In this document: positions 33,638 to 46,356 of the stretch, one piece after another
Layout: each line of letters opens with the position of its first letter
How positions within the stretch are numbered: the stretch's first letter is position 1
Assembly (NCBI GenBank): GCA_043228905.1
Contig: JBHGNT010000011.1
Coordinates: forward strand, 11,408,001-11,472,000
Origin: Azolla caroliniana
Lineage: Eukaryota > Plantae > Polypodiophyta
DNA length: 64,000 nt
Direction of reading: 5' to 3'
Translations under genes and position numbers: made by a program
Notes under the pieces: generated by a model
Seen by the model: only the letters and a program-made list of their open reading frames with translations
The model's database searches: none
Told to the model about the DNA's origin: nothing

Positions 33638-36600
33638 ATGGCAGGATCCTCCATAGCCAAAGGCCAGGTTATTACCTCCCCCCTCTCTCTGTCGTATGCT
33701 TTAGTTCTCCTTCTCTTTCTTTTAAATTCATGATTGAATAATAAGAGGTAGACGCAGAACATAACTCTTTTTTTTTGTGGTTTCTGCTTTCTGTTGTTTT
33801 TTTGTTGGTGCTTGTGCTGCTGTTGTCGTTGCAGATTGACTTGATTGATTGCATAGATTGGCCGTCTGTTGAGTGCCTCAATGAGAATAGCAGTAATACA
33901 TCTGGAAATGCCTTGAAACAGGTTAGTTTTTTAGCAGTTCTATGTATGACGTATTGGTATTTTAGCGAAGTAGATTTTTTTTACCTCTGTCTGATTTTGT
34001 TTTGATGCCATTCATCATGCTTGGATGCATAGTGATGATCATCTTGGAGAATGCATTTAAGTTATGCCATGTAATGATTGAAGATGATATGTTCTATGTT
34101 GACATTTATGATATGGTTGTATTTTTTATGCTCATCTTGGAAATGCAATTGAGTGGTATCATTTGATATTGTAATAAAGCATATGCTGTGATTTTATATG
34201 AAGTATGATGGTATGTTTATGGTTTCACATCTGTCACAATTTAGATAAGGATGTATATTTATGTAAATATTTGAGGATTTATATATATTATATGATGACA
34301 TCGGTTATGTTTTGGAGATATGTCAAGTGTCCATTTTGGAAAATTCATTTGAATGATGTCATTTGATATTGAATTAAAGCAGATTGCCTCAAATTCTGAG
34401 TTTAGATAGACTGAAACTTCTGCTTGCGAAGGTTCTCCAGCATGCGCCATTTCAAGATGGAGAAGTCTCCAAAGCAACGGAAGAACCATAATATGGGTGA
34501 TGGACCATATTCTAGATGGATGTAGCTTCCGTGCATGGCAAAATGCTGTTACCGAATCCATTATAGTCCCTTTCAAATGTTATGGTCAGAACCTTACTTG
34601 TGTAGCCCTTGATTGACTTGTAGCTTGAGAAGGAATGATGTTAAAGAAAGTTGTGATGGTTCCTTGTTGGTTAGGATTCGTGGTCATATTGTTGTCCTGT
34701 AACTTCTCTACACATTATACTACATATATTGTACCTAACTACAAAGACACATTCTTTGCTGAACCGGGAAATGGTACACATCAATACATGTTAGAGCCTT
34801 TCCCCTTGTCTATCATCCAAACCATTGCTTCCATATGACTTATTTCACACTCATTACAATGTGAGACAGGGCTTTCCCAGTACACATCAATACATGTTAC
34901 AGCCTATTCCCTTGTCTATCATACAAACCGTTGCTTCCATATGACTGATTTCACACTCATTACAATGTGAGACAGGCCATTGGAGCACAAGTGATGAGAG
35001 TGGTCGAATGTGCACCACTTTGCCCGAAACAAGTTCACACTTTCATACAATGCTTTGCGTTGGTCACATTCAACTATAGTTTCCAAACATTTTCGACCAA
35101 ACCTAATTCTTGCACGAATTTCTCTCACAGTCACAGTGTGCACTCTCAATTCTGACATTCATTAGTAAAGTTCTTGAATATTGACACTTTCAGATGTATT
35201 ACATGAAAAATGTTATATTTTTGGTGTCATAGGTCATATTTGACCTCCGAAGACAATAATAAAATCTATTTGTCTGTCCGACTATCTTTGGCCCTTGATT
35301 TCTAGCGAGAAGGTTTCCAAATATGTTCATCTCCATATACATTACCTTTGAAAGTGGACCAAAGTCTTGTTGGAAGAGGCAGTGGTATCTCCCTATTTCT
35401 TAAAAAAATGTTACAATGAAAAAATTAGTGTTTGTCTAGTTCCACATCCTCATGGCACAATTGACAAGTCATCTCTTCTAGATTTTTGCATACTTGTCTA
35501 CTTGTTTCATTCTCTAATTGCTTGTTTCATTCTACTTGTAGAATACTTCAGAGTATTCTAAAACATCTTCTAAAAATAAAATACATGGTTTTTAACAACA
35601 ATGGTGCATGGTGGCATGTTTTACATTCTAACAATCAAATGCCAAAATCAGACTTATGAAGCAAAATAGCTAGAAATATTTTTAAATAGAAATTGTTAAT
35701 GAAGAAGTTCCTGATAACATGTTTCAATTCGATACAGTTCATGTAGATTATTCCAGACTGTCGATGATTATCATTAACATTATGAAAATTGAGAGAAGCT
35801 AAATGATTATAAGGATGTATATATTTTGATGGAATTGGCAGGGCTATAGAGATGATGAAGGGTTGTGTTTGGAGAGTGATGCTGATGAGCAACTTCTGAT
35901 TTATATTCCTTTCACCCAAGTTGTGAAGCTACATACAATGGTGGTCTTGGGTCCAGAAGATGGAGGTGAGGTTGTTAAATTTGTCGAGCTAATGAGTTAT
36001 CTTCATATTTTCCTTTCAGTATTATTTTGCTTTGAATTGTTAAGTAATGAATCATTAATCTAATTAACTACTTATAATCGAATCAACACCTGATTTCTAA
36101 CAGACATGTTTTCTCTCCTTGTTTTCTTACCTCTTCTTATGTTCTAAAATTGGATGTTTTTTTCTCTACTTAGGTAAATTTTGATCCCTGAACACGTGTC
36201 TGTCCCAATTTGTCCTATTATGTTTGTATATGCATTGTTTTGATGTAATTATTTTGATCCCAGGCCTTGAGAAATCTAGCTTATTCTATACACGAATTTG
36301 CAAGCTCTTTGGGCATTGTTGACATGAATTTTCTTGCACTTATGAATACACTATCACTTAGTCAACCTCATCTCCAATCTTAAAGTAAAAGCTCATCTTC
36401 TTTGTTCATACTGATCTAACTGCTATTCTTGAGTTTCTGGGTTGTTTCTTCATACTGTTCTAACTGCTATGCTTGGTTTCTTGGGGATTTTTTCATATTA
36501 TTCTAACTGTTATCCTTCAGTTTCTTGGGATTTTGTTCACACTCCAGCTGCCTTCCTCGACAATTTCTTGTGATTTTGTTCAAACTGTTGTAGTTGCCAT

Positions 36601-37863
36601 ATCCTTCAGTTTCTTGGGGTTTTGTTTTCACTGTTTTATCTGGCTTCATTATATTTTATTGTGACTTGCAGGCCCAAAAACCATAAAGCTTTTTGCCAAT
36701 CGGACCAGTATGGGATTCAGGTATGTTACCTGCTGTTAAGAAACTATAATTTAGCCTGAAATGACAAAATATCTCCTACTTTATTTTGCAGCAATGTATC
36801 AGACTTTCCTGCAAATGATACAGTTACATTGTCCCTAGAGGATCTGAAGGTATCAATGATTCATTTTCATCCGTCATACAGTTTAGAGAATGTTTCTGGT
36901 TTTTTAAGATACTCACATGTTTTAGATAGATACTATGAGACAATATTATGTGGAGAATACCTGTTAGAGTTTGTTGTTATCATTTTCTATAATGTTACAT
37001 TCTTTCAGGGGAAGCCAATTCCTTTGAAATTCGTCAAGTTTCAAAATGTCAGCAGGTATTGCTGATTCATTGGTCTGTTTGATGCTATTCTTTTTTGAAG
37101 CATTTGATTGTATATTACCTGATCTTTATTGTAATAAACAGCTTAACCGTTTTCATTGAGGACAACCAAGAATCTTTAGATGTGACAAAAGTCAATAAGA
37201 TTGCACTTTATGGGTCCACGTAAGTCAATGATATGATTATTTTTCGATCTAAATATGATTACTCTTTTTTGAAAGCTACTGTAAGGGGACACAACTGAGA
37301 ATAAAGCTTCTAGATTTATGTTAAGTCCATGATAATTGCATTATTCTGGAGTTTTCTTGATTAAGGAGAACTGTGCTTGAATTATGCCCTTCATGAGAGC
37401 ATGATGTGATAATAATTGAGCCTCTTTAATTCTTAGAAAAACTCCTGAAAATATCCTTGTTTTTTCTTTAATTTCCCCAAATTCGTCTAAGGTCCTGTTA
37501 TTACCCCAAATCCCCGTAAGTTTCTTGTTTTCCGAAAATGCCAAAAGAGTTTTGGTACTTCCCTAAATGCCAGTTTCGTTATTTCCTTTGTAATATGTAG
37601 AGGTTATTCACTAGCTCCAATATTTGTATGTCATCCATAGTGTCCAATAATTTTTTATCTCATTCTCCTTTTCTCTTCCTCATAACAATTAGATTCTGCT
37701 TCAGTAAATAGAAAACTCTCCCAAATTTTACTATAGATGCAAATAAAACATATGTGCTTTGCTTTTGCTTATTCTAAAACTAACAATATAGATTCCGTTT
37801 GTATACAGAGTGGAGACGACGAATATGAAAGAGTTGAAAAAGGTCACTGCTGAAGATCAGTAA
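33638..37863 (+). CDS. PITH domain-containing protein (TXNL1 C-terminal-like; At3g04780-like), 175 aa. Exons 33638-33667, 33835-33921, 35842-35965, 36672-36720, 36792-36849, 37009-37055, 37142-37219, 37809-37863
   Basis: All introns are GT-AG and the exons sum to 528 nt in frame: [27 protein letters not shown]...[22 protein letters not shown]...[10 protein letters not shown]...[20 protein letters not shown]...[24 protein letters not shown]. Confidence 0.95.
34775..34976. repeat. ~106-bp tandem duplication in PITH intron 2
   Basis: TACACATCAATACATGTTA...ACAATGTGAGACAGG occurs twice (34775 and 34881). Confidence 0.85.
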
Positions 37864-39593
37864 CATAGAACCGAATATGGGAATTGTTATTTTGAAGGTC
37901 AATTGAGATGAGACCCCAGGAAAATATGTTGAAATTTGAACTAGGTAATGTTCCTATTTTCATAAATCATCAAGAGCTTGTATCTTTTCTAATTGTTCTT
38001 TCCATGAAATTACGGAGAGAAGACACAAAATGGAGATTTTACATGGCCCATGGGATGAAGCTCTACGATAAATCTTAACTAATAGACATTTTTTGCATTT
38101 GGGCAAATGCTAATTTCATTGCAAATCTTGTAATTTCATTCCATACATCCATACAGTCACAAAATGCTTTTGGTTAGAATGAACAGCTTGTTTTCTTTGA
38201 TTGTGTGGTAGATTTCGCAGTCTGAGTCTTTACTGGAACGGTGGAAAATTTATGACTTGGTAATACCTATGTTTGCATTTATATATATATATAAACATCT
38301 GAATACAAGATTTGCATCCTGTAAGTATAAGATTTAACATGCGATTATATGTTAAAAATATATATGCAATTCATTGATTCATCTTTGGAATACTTAAATT
38401 AATTTGTAGTTCATTTATTTTATCTTTATGTGCCTTTAATGCCCATTGCCAACAACAATTTTAGGGCTGTGATGTTTCATATCCTTTTCAGACATAGAAG
38501 ACAGAAAAATGTGGTGTTTGGTTATATGATAAAAATAATGTGAATCCGTGCATAGCAAGATTCATGGTTTGAGATTGCATACAGTGATCTTGTGTGGAAA
38601 CCCTATCATTTCATTATTTGCAATTCAACTTGTGAACATTCACTTAAGTCATTGATTTTTATTAAGTAGTGTCTTGTGTTTGTTCATTTAGATTATTTTT
38701 GTCTTGTGTCTTGTGAACCTTCACCTAATGGAGAGGGTTTTGTTTTTTTGCCCATTTAGATTATTTAATCTCACAAGGAACTTTTTATGTATAGAAATAG
38801 GCAAAACACATCATTTTGGTGGATGCCTTAGGAAGAACACGTTTTTAGTTGGTTGTGGTTTTGGACCACTTCCCAATGATTGGATACTATTCAATGAGGA
38901 CACCATCAAGTTGAAGTCTTATGATGTTGGTTGATAGTCTCAAGGGTTGACGCTTCTCTAGACTACCTTACCATTTATTCGAAGAAATGCAAATTTACAT
39001 GTCAAGCGTAAAATCACATGGGGCAGAAAAATCATTCATCCGATCTTAAGCATTGTGTGGTGTCATGAGTTCAGACGGACATTCAACACAAAGTACATAA
39101 GAAAAATGCCAATATAAGGGAACTCTATCTAGCTTCTAAGCATGGAGATAGAGGTGAAACTTTGTGGGTGAAATTAGAAGCAAGTCTGAATGCTTCTAAG
39201 GTTCAATTACAAACTACTACTTCCTTCGCCCCATCTACTGTAATCCAAAGCTCTTTCTATCGAGTGTACATGCGAGGATAGTTCGTGCTTGTTCACACCA
39301 ACATTTTACCTATTGGCTAACTTGTCTATCATATTCAATGCACCATTGTTTCTATCAACACTAGTTCCCGCCAACATTTTATCCCCACGTTGTATAAAGT
39401 TAGCTAATCCAATTACGACAAAGCCTACATTAAGTCATAGTTGAGGTTTCTTTAGAAAATAAAACTTTACCTCAAGCATTAAGTATGGTCATTAACCATG
39501 TTGTTAGAAGGTGTACCTTACATACAATATTGACATTTTAATCGATTATGGAGGTTACAATTTAACAATGCGGTTATACCGCATAAGGCGAGG

Positions 39594-41431
39594 ATGGGTG
39601 TTTGTTCAATATGTTCATGTTTAAATAGTATGGCGAAGGGTGGGAGATTAGATGAAGAAATAAAGAATTACAAGAATCTATTAAAAGAACATCATGAAAG
39701 GCAAGCATTGGAACGTTCTAAAGTTATGCATCACCGACAAAAAGCGCTTCAATCACCCGAAAGGTATATGTGCATGATTATAGATGGCATGGATCAGAAG
39801 AAGACTTGTTTGCTGCACTTCCAAAGGCTGCCAAAGGACATTGGAGATGAATGCCTCGTGCATATGCATTTAGGAGGTTGTTTGACGTATTGTCAGACAA
39901 TAAGGCCTCAAGTATTCTTAACTTATCCTATTATCCACAATCACCCTAATCTTATAGTCACAGTCATGCAAAGAGTGTTACAATCTTGGCTAGGTATAAT
40001 ACCTCCAGTTCTATACGTGCAACTTGACAACACAATTAGAGAAAAATAAAACTCGACTGTGTTTAGTTATTTAAGCATGCGAGTAGAGGAGGGAATATTT
40101 AAGAAGATTAAGGTCAACTTCTTACTAGTTGGTCATACCTATGACCATATAGATCAAATGTTTAGTAGGCTCTCAAAGAAATTAGCATGATCTAATGCTT
40201 TCACGCTTCCTACGCTATCAAAGTTGATAAGTGAAGTTTATACCCCGACGTCAGAAGTACATCATTTGAATGAAGTGTATGATTTTAAACGCTTTTGCAT
40301 GAATGGTGATGGGACTCAATGTAGGGTGCTTGCACCTATTAGTAATATAAGTTTTAACCACGTATTCCTCATAAAACGGAGTTTTGTGAGTCACAACACG
40401 ACGTTGTTGTATGCAAAACAATACTCATCAATTCACAATGGGAGCCACAAGAGGGTTGTAGGTTCTTACTTCATTTTCCAAGTGCTAAAATCCATGGTGC
40501 AAAGCAAATGTCATATGATGACCATAAAAAATTGGCTCTCGATAGTTCATTTGATGAGCAAAGGATATATTGGATGCGATGCCTTCAAGAGAAACAAAAA
40601 AATATTGAGCGCACCAAGAAGTATGCAGGTAATCAGGATGTTGAATGGTGGGGTATCTTCTTCAGTCATGAGCATACAATTTTAGATAACTACATTGTCG
40701 GATATTGGTTGCTACAAAACCCGTTCACATGGAATATTGGGGTACCATCAATGGTGTCCATGACTCATCATCAATCACTAGATAATACTGAGCTCAATAA
40801 TCTAGTTTGCCCACGACAGAGAGATATTTACATCAGACCAAGAATATCGTGTATTGCAAAGGCAAGATGGCAAGGTAATTTGCATGAGCTACAAGTTGGT
40901 ATGTTGGTTGCAACATTATCTGAGGATGCTGAGTTGGGCCATCCCTTTTGGATTGCAAAAAATCTTGAAATAATGAAGGATGAACAAGGCAATCAAGTTA
41001 AGTTCATTGTGGTTCATTGGTATCACATGTCTTCCCCATATGCATTTGCTGGAAAGTACTCCTTAGAGATGGTTAAGGATGTCGGCGGCACAAGCAAAAA
41101 GCGAAGAAGAAAGAATATACCGACCACGTCTACTCTCACACTAGACAATGTTGACGTACTAGTGTATGACTTCTCCTTGACTAAAACAGACCATCTAAGA
41201 CAGCCCACAGTCAAAATAATAAAAGAGAAGATCACAAATGTGGCTCTAGACACGACACAAAGACAAACAAGAAGCATGTCTCATAATCACAATGAGGTTG
41301 GATTGCAATTGGATGAAGACAATGCATTGGTTGCTAGTGATGATGAGGATGAGACCTCACAAAGCTCTTTTAGTTCATCGTATTGGTCTGAAAATGGAGT
41401 CGGATTGGGAAGCAATAGTTCTAATACATGA
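39594..41431 (+). pseudogene. Decayed Sola-like DDD transposase (DNA transposon remnant)
   Basis: CSIC, IIDGMDQKKT, LYVQLDNTIRE(K*N) and FLLVGHTYDHIDQMFS motifs, with in-frame stops and a frameshift. TIRs were not found. Confidence 0.7.
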
Positions 41432-42099
41432 ATTGTAAATATTGTATTTTACTTCAAAATGTCAAATCACAAATATGTATAAATATAGGTGGTAGTCATT
41501 TTGTACATTCTTTTGTAAGTTTGGCATGTCTATTATTTAGGCATGTTTGGAAAGCCCTAAACTTTTGGAAATGCTGAAAATCAATATATTTTGGTTCATT
41601 TTTTAAAAACCTTTACGCATGCATCACCCCTTTTTGTGAAACAACCTATTTTGTGCCTTTTTTGATGGAGTTTTCTCTAAATGAGACATATTACCTGTTT
41701 CAAATGTCTTGGTGTTTACAATTCCAAAACATGATTTTCAAACTTGAGGTAGCCCCATAGGTCATCACTTGTTATGCATTTTGAGTTCCATTTCTAACAT
41801 TGAAATGGAGGTTGTAAGGTAATATTTATAAACCTTTATACTCCCCCAAATGTGAAAGAGACATAATTGTAATTTAGTCAATCATATCCCTAATAATAAG
41901 TTAAGAGTTCAATATTTGGGGTATGTTGGTTACTATAGGAGATTCAACAAGTCGTTTGCAAAAAACACCTAACAACTCTATGAGTTGCTTAAAACTTTAC
42001 ACAGACTTGAGAGTAGACACTAAAGGTTTTAATACCATCAAGAAGTTTTTCACATGAGATCCCATGCTAAAGTTGCTTAATCGGGTGCCAAAGTATTAT

Positions 42100-43933
42100 A
42101 TCCATACAAATGCTTCAAGTTGGGCTTCAAGTTGGGCCCCACCATGAGATACTAACACTCTACCTCATTACAACCCCCCGACATCCGATTGTTTTGGGGA
42201 TATCTTGGTTGGAGACACACAATTTGACGATGGATTGGTGCAACCGCTCCATCACTTTTCTAGTGCGATCGATTCCGATTGGGGCCCTATACTCTATTGA
42301 TTCCATTCAAGCCGATTCTAGCTTGGTCGCTACATTGGCCGTTTTGTCCTGGGACATCTCCGTTCTTGTCATTAATTTGCCCACACAATATAATGATTTT
42401 TCGGATATATTCGAGAAGCGAAATGCAGATCGGTTATCGGCACATCCCCCTATGATTGCCAATCGAACTCCACGCTGGTGAGCATCCACCATTCAACCCT
42501 ATCTATGGGCTATCTGAACCCAAACTTGAGGCTCTCTGGACATATCTGGCTGACAACCTTACGAAGGACTTCATTAAACCCTTCAAATCACCGGCTAGGG
42601 CCCCCATCTTATTTGTTAAAAAGAAGGATAGATCATTACGCCTATGTGTGGATATCGGGGTCTCAACAAAGTACAATGCGTAATCATTATCCCTTGCCCT
42701 GAATTCCAACGCTCCTTGATCGACTCCGAACTGGGCGTATCTTCTCCAAAATCGACCTTCAGGGAGCCTACAATTTGGTGCGTATCAAGCCTAGAGATGA
42801 ATGGAAAATGGCCTTTCGGACGCGTTATGGACATTTTGTTGGGAGACAGGTCCCTCCGGATGGGAAGGGAGAAGAACAGTGCCGATGAACAAACTCGGCC
42901 GAGGCCGAAACCGGATGAGGAGTACTCGGCTACGGAGAGCCGGATGATGCAGACCCGGTGAAGACCGGATGAGGAGTACCCAGCTACGGAGAGCCGGATG
43001 GCGCAGGCCCGGTGTGAACCGGATGAGGAGTACCCGGCTACGGAGAGCCGGATGGTGCAGGCCCGGTCTGGTGTAAACCGGATGAGGAGTACCCGGCTAC
43101 GGAGAGCCGGATGACGCAGACCCGGTGCGAACCGGAGGAAGAGACATATTCGTAAATATGTTTCTGAGAGCCCATCGAGGCTACATTTGTAAATAGCCGA
43201 AAAGTCATATTAGTATAAATATGACTTAGGGCAAGCTTTTTAATAGCTGTTGTCGATTTTAGTTGTTGTCGTTTTCTTGTTGGTGCAAGAAGAAGAGAGA
43301 GCACGTAACAGTGTACAGAGAGAGAGAGAGAAAGAGGTCATTGCCTCTGTTGTAACCGCCGCCTGTGGCGAAGATCGTGAGCACGAGGTCGTTGCCTTCG
43401 TGAACTCACTGTTTTGTACATTACTACATAGTGACAGTTTGCAGCCTGTGGGTTGCCGTGGTTTTTCCCCTAGTTTGGGGTTTTCCACGTAAACCTCCTG
43501 TGTATCTTCCTCTTCTCTGTGTCGTGTTTTATTTCCCGTTTTTCTGTGTATCATTCTAAGCTCGGTTGTGGCCGAGCGTTGTGCATAAGGAGCGTTGAGT
43601 TCCCGTCACATTTCAAGTACAAGGTGATGCCATTCGGTCTTACCAACACCCCGACAGTCTTCCAACACATGATGAACGATATATTTCGAGAGTACCTCGA
43701 TCGCTTCGTGGTAATCTACCTTGACGACATCCTAGTTTTTTCTTCCAACTTAGAGGAACACACACACCACGCCCGACTGGTTCTAACCAAACTTCGGGAA
43801 TATGGGCTTTATACCAAAAGTGAGAAATGTGAATTTGATCGGACCTCTCTCGAATTCCTGGATTACATGATCTCACCCACCGGGATCACAATGGATGAGC
43901 GCAAGGTAGCGACAATCACCAATTGGCCTCTCT
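42100..43933 (+). pseudogene. Chromovirus (Tcn1/Tf1-like) protease-end/RT fragment
   Basis: [28 protein letters not shown]|[22 protein letters not shown] and KVATITNWP. Confidence 0.88.
42837..43608 (+). mobile_element. 772-bp Copia-family solo LTR with ~55-bp CCGG tandem repeats in U3
   Basis: TG...CA ends and TSD CATTT. Shares TATAAATATGACTTAGGGCAA and CTCGGTTGTGGCCGAGC with the 15460 and 51425 Copia LTRs. Confidence 0.9.
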
Positions 43934-46356
43934 TGTCACGGATAGATCATAAGCTCAAGAGACTAGAAAGAAGATAATGAAGTGGATGAATGGTATTAAC
44001 TTAAAGACTCCATAACTGGTGTTGTTCACCTGAATTCCTTCAAGGTGAACTCAACTATTTATACTGAGCGGCATGCATACCTGTTGCATGCATGTGATAC
44101 AATAGAGCATGTAGGTACGCATGCATGTGCCAAGTGTAAATAATACAAGGGAACAACTATGCACATGATGCTAGCTAAAAACTACAAGGAGCAATTATAC
44201 ACATGATTGTATACTAAATATGTTGGTTAAAACATAACACTTTATTATAACATGGTAATGTCAAGAGTTTGAATCTTGACATTATCCCCCCTCCTACGCA
44301 GCCTTCCGAAATCGGTTGCCAGTTTGTGGGATATCGGTGGTGAAAATCCCAGACCACCTTCAAGGCATTTTCTAAATTTTCCGAAGGTTCCCACATGGCG
44401 TCAGACATGGGTAAACGCTTCCACAAGATGAGGTATTGCAACTGTCAACGGTGCCAATGCAAGTCAAGGATTTGGTCGACCTCATATTCCTCCCCTGTCG
44501 TCAATTGCACAGGTGGTGGTGGTGGGGTTTGACATCTTGGGAGTTGCGAAGCATAATCTGTTTCAAGGAGGGAGACATGAAAACCATCATAAATCAGGAA
44601 GTGGGATCGAAGGGCGAGCCAGAAGATGACGGATTTGATGACTCGACGATATGGAATGGTCCCAACTTCTAGTAATCAAGTTTCAAACATGGACGAGTAG
44701 TAGAGATGTGTCGTCGAAACAACCAAACCATGTCTTCAAAGACAAAGTGTGGAGTGGCAAATCGATGGCGATCAGCCTGCTTCTTGTATCATTCACCAGC
44801 GAGACTATGTAGCTCTTCTTAAACACGGGCGCGAATTGACACCAGTCGATGCATGGAGAGAATTATTGTAGGTGAATTCCGTGAGTGAAAGTAAGTTGAC
44901 CCAATCATCTTGCTGGTAACTAATTGAGCACCGAAGATACTGCTCAAGGATTTGGTTGACATGCTCCGTCTGCCCATTAGTTTGGGGGTGATAGGTGGAG
45001 GACAACTTAACAAAGATGCCTAAAGTTTGTAGCAGGTGTTGCCAGAAGTGAGAGACAAACTGGGGTCTGCGATCGGAGATGACATCATCAGGCAATCCAT
45101 GCAAGCGAACCACATTGTTGAGGAGTAGATGCGTCATCCCTTCACCGGAAATAGTTCTGGAACATGGAGTGAAGTGAGCCATCTTTGTAAACCGATCGAC
45201 AACGACCAACACCGAGTCATAACTATTGACCAAGGGTAGATCAGTTATCAGGTCCATAGAGATAGAGGCCCAGGGACGACTGGGGCATGGAAGCGGTTGG
45301 AGTAAGCCGTATGGCCAATGATGAGCGGCATTGGGGTGAGCACAAACCTCACAACTCTTGATGTATTCTTTGACCAACTTCCATGGTTGTGGCCACCAAT
45401 ACCCCCGAGAGAGTAGCTTGAGGGTTTTTGCGACCCCGAAATGACCCGCAAGTGGGTCATCATGGCATTCCTGCAAAACTCGGGTACAACACAGGCCCTC
45501 TGGGACGTATAAGAGATGATCTCGAAATAGAAAACCATCTTGTATGGTGAAGTGGTCAAGGTCCTTCCTTTTGGTCTAATGGGAGGTGTTTTGCAGACTG
45601 TCACGAATCTCGTTTGCGAACGCATCGATCGTGGATGCATCGGTGATCTGTTGGAGTAATGAATCATCCTGCAACATACAAGTGGCAAAAAGATACAATT
45701 GGCCGGGTTTCAGCAAACATCTAGATTGTTGAGCATAAGCAGCATCCCTAGGTTGGAGTGCAAGGTCGGCTCAACGAGAAAGGGCATTGGCCTTCCCATG
45801 TTGGCCCCCAGGTCGAAATATGATCTCAAAATCATAGTCGACGAGAAATGTCGACCAATGGGCCTGCCTTTGATTCAAAGTACGAGTGGTGGAAAAATAA
45901 ACTAATTTTTTATAATTGGTCACTACCTGGACACAATGTTGTGCACCGGCCAAGTAGGGTTGCCATTCTTCAAAGGAAGCAATGATAACAACAAGCTCCT
46001 TGTCGTATATGGGATAATTGATTTCAAATGCCATGAATTTTTGGGAGTAGTAAGCCACTAGGTGCATTAGGTTGGTGTCATCTGCCTGGGATAAGATGGC
46101 GTGAATGGCGAAGTCAGAGGCATTGGTTTCAACTTGGAAGGGTTTTGTGGGGTCAGCATGTAGCAACACCGGGGCAGTGATGAATGCGTGTTTGAGTGAG
46201 TCGAACCCATTTTGTGCCGCCAAGCTCCATAAAACAACAATACCTTTACGGGTGAGGGCGATAAGAGGTTGTACTAGGCTGGAAAACTCCTTGATGAAGT
46301 GACGGTAAACATTCCCGAAGGCGAGGAACGATTGCACATCTTTGAGTCGACTTGGA
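43934..46356 (-). mobile_element. Chromovirus 3' half: RNaseH-integrase-chromodomain-PPT-3' LTR (LTR 43934-44281)
   Basis: ETNASDFAI..NYPIYDKEL, HDDPLAGHFG..ISMDLITDLP..HPQTNGQTE, and chromodomain YLILWKRLPMSDAMWEPSENL. PPT at 44282-44295. Confidence 0.9.

Noticed and set aside
41800-42100. Coding or TE terminus between the transposase and the chromovirus fragment
   Set aside because: No recognisable motif, TIR or TSD could be established by eye.
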